From the human T2T-CHM13v2.0 reference genome, Homo sapiens, in the NCBI RefSeq assembly GCF_009914755.1, contig NC_060934.1: 64,000 bases of DNA. One strand, written 5' to 3'. Positions 60,960 through 64,000 of this stretch are shown here, piece by piece. A program made the position numbers and the translations under genes. Every line of letters begins with the position of its first letter. The first letter of the stretch is position 1. The notes under the pieces are model-generated. The model did no database searches, had not been told where the DNA came from, and saw only the letters and a list, made by a program, of their open reading frames with translations.

Positions 60960-62299
60960 CTACGTGATGTAAGATCAGATTTGGGTTTTAAATGGATAAC
61001 TGGTAAATGTGAAGGAAGGTAGGAGGCAGAAGCCAGGGCTGGATGGAAGGAAATGACATACATACCTGGCCCCAAGCTGGTCTTGTGTTAGTTCATTCAT
61101 TGCCACAGTAAGATTTCTCCTAAGTGAGTTGAAATAGCTTGTGGCCTCGGGATAACTGACATAGGAGGCTCTAAACTCCTCTGCCTCAAACCCAAGATCT
61201 CTATCTGCTCTCTTGTTCTCTGATAACACTAAACCTTCACTACAGACTTTTGCCAGGTTGCCCTACAGTGCGTTGCAGGGGACGCCCTATCCAATGATGA
61301 GGAGGGGGAATCATATATAAACTGGGATATAAATGGTGCCTTTAGGATCTACACCATTATACGCAGCTACGGGCCACATTCTGGGAGCAAACATTTCCTG
61401 GCACAACTGCGATGGACCTGGAGCTTGAATTACGTTCTAAGTCTTGTGGATGTGGGTAAGTGCTGAGAAGAATGTTATATTTTCTCAACTTTTAGAAATC
61501 TGATCATTTTAGAATCTGCTAAAGATCCTGAAGGCATTGTACAAATAACTTAGTGGCAGGCAGGCTCTGCTACAACCACGGCAAAATCCCACATTTCACC
61601 CAGCTATTGACTTGAGCAGTTAGAAAAACTGGGAAAGAAAATTTTTGGATTTTAATTTCTATGAACTTTTAATGCACAAGGGCAATAGACTTTGATATTG
61701 GACTACAATTCTTTTCAAAGGTAATAATTTCATACATTAATATCCTTAGGACTTTATCTTTTAATATTTTCCTGGGAATTTGATCACAAGAGGATTTTGA
61801 TATTCTTACTGGGAGCAGAATCTTAGAGTATCTTCATGAATTCTTTGATCTTATTGCAGAACCTCTGATGAGGTCTGCTGGGCAACATGCCAGGGCATAA
61901 TTTAGTATGGGAAGAAGAATAGAGAGTGACTTTTCCAGTTTGGGGCTAAACTCTGACCCATTTCAGAATCTTCTGGAGAAAAAAGTTATACTAGTCCCAG
62001 ATGTCTGGGAAAAAGCCACAAAGAAGCAATGATTAGAATCAGCTCTACAAGAGCAGGAGTTTTCCTAGTATTGTTTTCTAAAATCTCAATGTTCTTCTCT
62101 AGTTCTTGCAGCAATGTCTAGAATATAGTAGGTATGCTAATTAACACTGAACTGAATGAAAGAATGAATGAATAGTAGGTACGACCTCATGTGGATAGGA
62201 ACGTGATGCCTTCCATAGACTGCTGATCCTCTCCCCAAAGATGGACAGCCCCTCCTCAGCTCCAGTGTCTGACACAGACTGAATGGTTAAGCCCGGTGC

Positions 62300-63310
<1,011 letters not shown>

Positions 63311-63638
63311 GAAAAGGGGCACGGATGGGGTTGAGGAAAAACTGGGCAATGTTAGGATGAGGACCTCTCTCTGCTGGTTCCATACTTCCTGGCAGAAAAA
63401 GTCAGCTAGGTTCATGCTCCTCTCAGTTTCGTAAAGGATAACAAAAGGGAGTGAGTTTCTGTTCATTTTGTAAATTCCAGCTCAGCCATCACCCTCTAGA
63501 AAGCCTTTCCTAGCCAAAACAAAGCCAATCAGAGCCTCTTCTGCTCTGCCCTTCTATGTTGTTTCTATTTATGATTTTTGTCATGTTATGCAACACGTTA
63601 TACAATGTGAAAAAAATGTCCGTTATTTAAATGTGTTT

Positions 63639-63959
63639 GGCCGGGCGTGGTGGCTCATGCCTGTAATCCCAGCACTTTGGGAGGCCGAGGCGGGCGGATC
63701 CCAAGGTCAGGACATCGAGACCATCTTGGCTAACACAGTGAAACTTCATCTCTACTAAAAATACAAAAAATTAGCTGGGTGTGGTGGCGGGCGCCTGTAG
63801 TCCCAGCTACTCAGGAGGCTGAGGCAGGAGAATGGCGTGAACCCGGGAGACAGAGCCTGCAGTGAGCCGAGATAGCACCACTGCAGTCCAGCCTGGGCAA
63901 GACAGCACCACTGCAGTCCAGCCTGGGCAAAACAGCAAGACTCCAACTAAAAAAAAAAA
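63639..63959 (+). mobile_element. AluY with internal 30-bp-period duplication
   Basis: AluY diagnostics. agcaccactgcagtccagcctgggcaa at 63874-63900 and 63904-63930. Confidence 0.88.
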
Positions 63960-64000
63960 TGTATTTTATTTGTACTTTAAATGTAATTATTTAAATGTAT

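Overview
Human (or near-identical great-ape) genomic DNA matching the RSU1-CUBN junction known from chromosome 10p13. Both genes lie on the minus strand, tail-to-head. The right half holds the last seven coding exons of CUBN (cubilin exons 61-67; end of CUB24 plus CUB25-27, stop at 41432-41434) and an Alu-rich 3'UTR with AATAAA at 40443-40448. About 6.5 kb further on is the RSU1 CpG-island promoter, non-coding exon 1 and coding exon 2 (ATG at 33538). The left 33 kb is RSU1 intron 2. All exons have canonical GT-AG sites and consistent phases, so this looks like the functional locus rather than a CUBNP/RSU1P copy. The rest is mostly transposon-derived: many Alus, MaLR/ERVL LTRs, old and young L1, L2, MIR, MER20, Tigger3, MER5 and a MADE1. 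I see no new biological system. The most testable hypotheses are an in-frame CUBN exon 66 to RSU1 exon 2 read-through junction, a c-fos-identical CArG box at the RSU1 start, DUX4-motif LTRs antisense to RSU1, two same-orientation CTCF sites, a probable 5'-inverted Alu and several templated-insertion scars. Repeat subfamily names are from memory of consensus sequences, and boundaries of old repeats are approximate.
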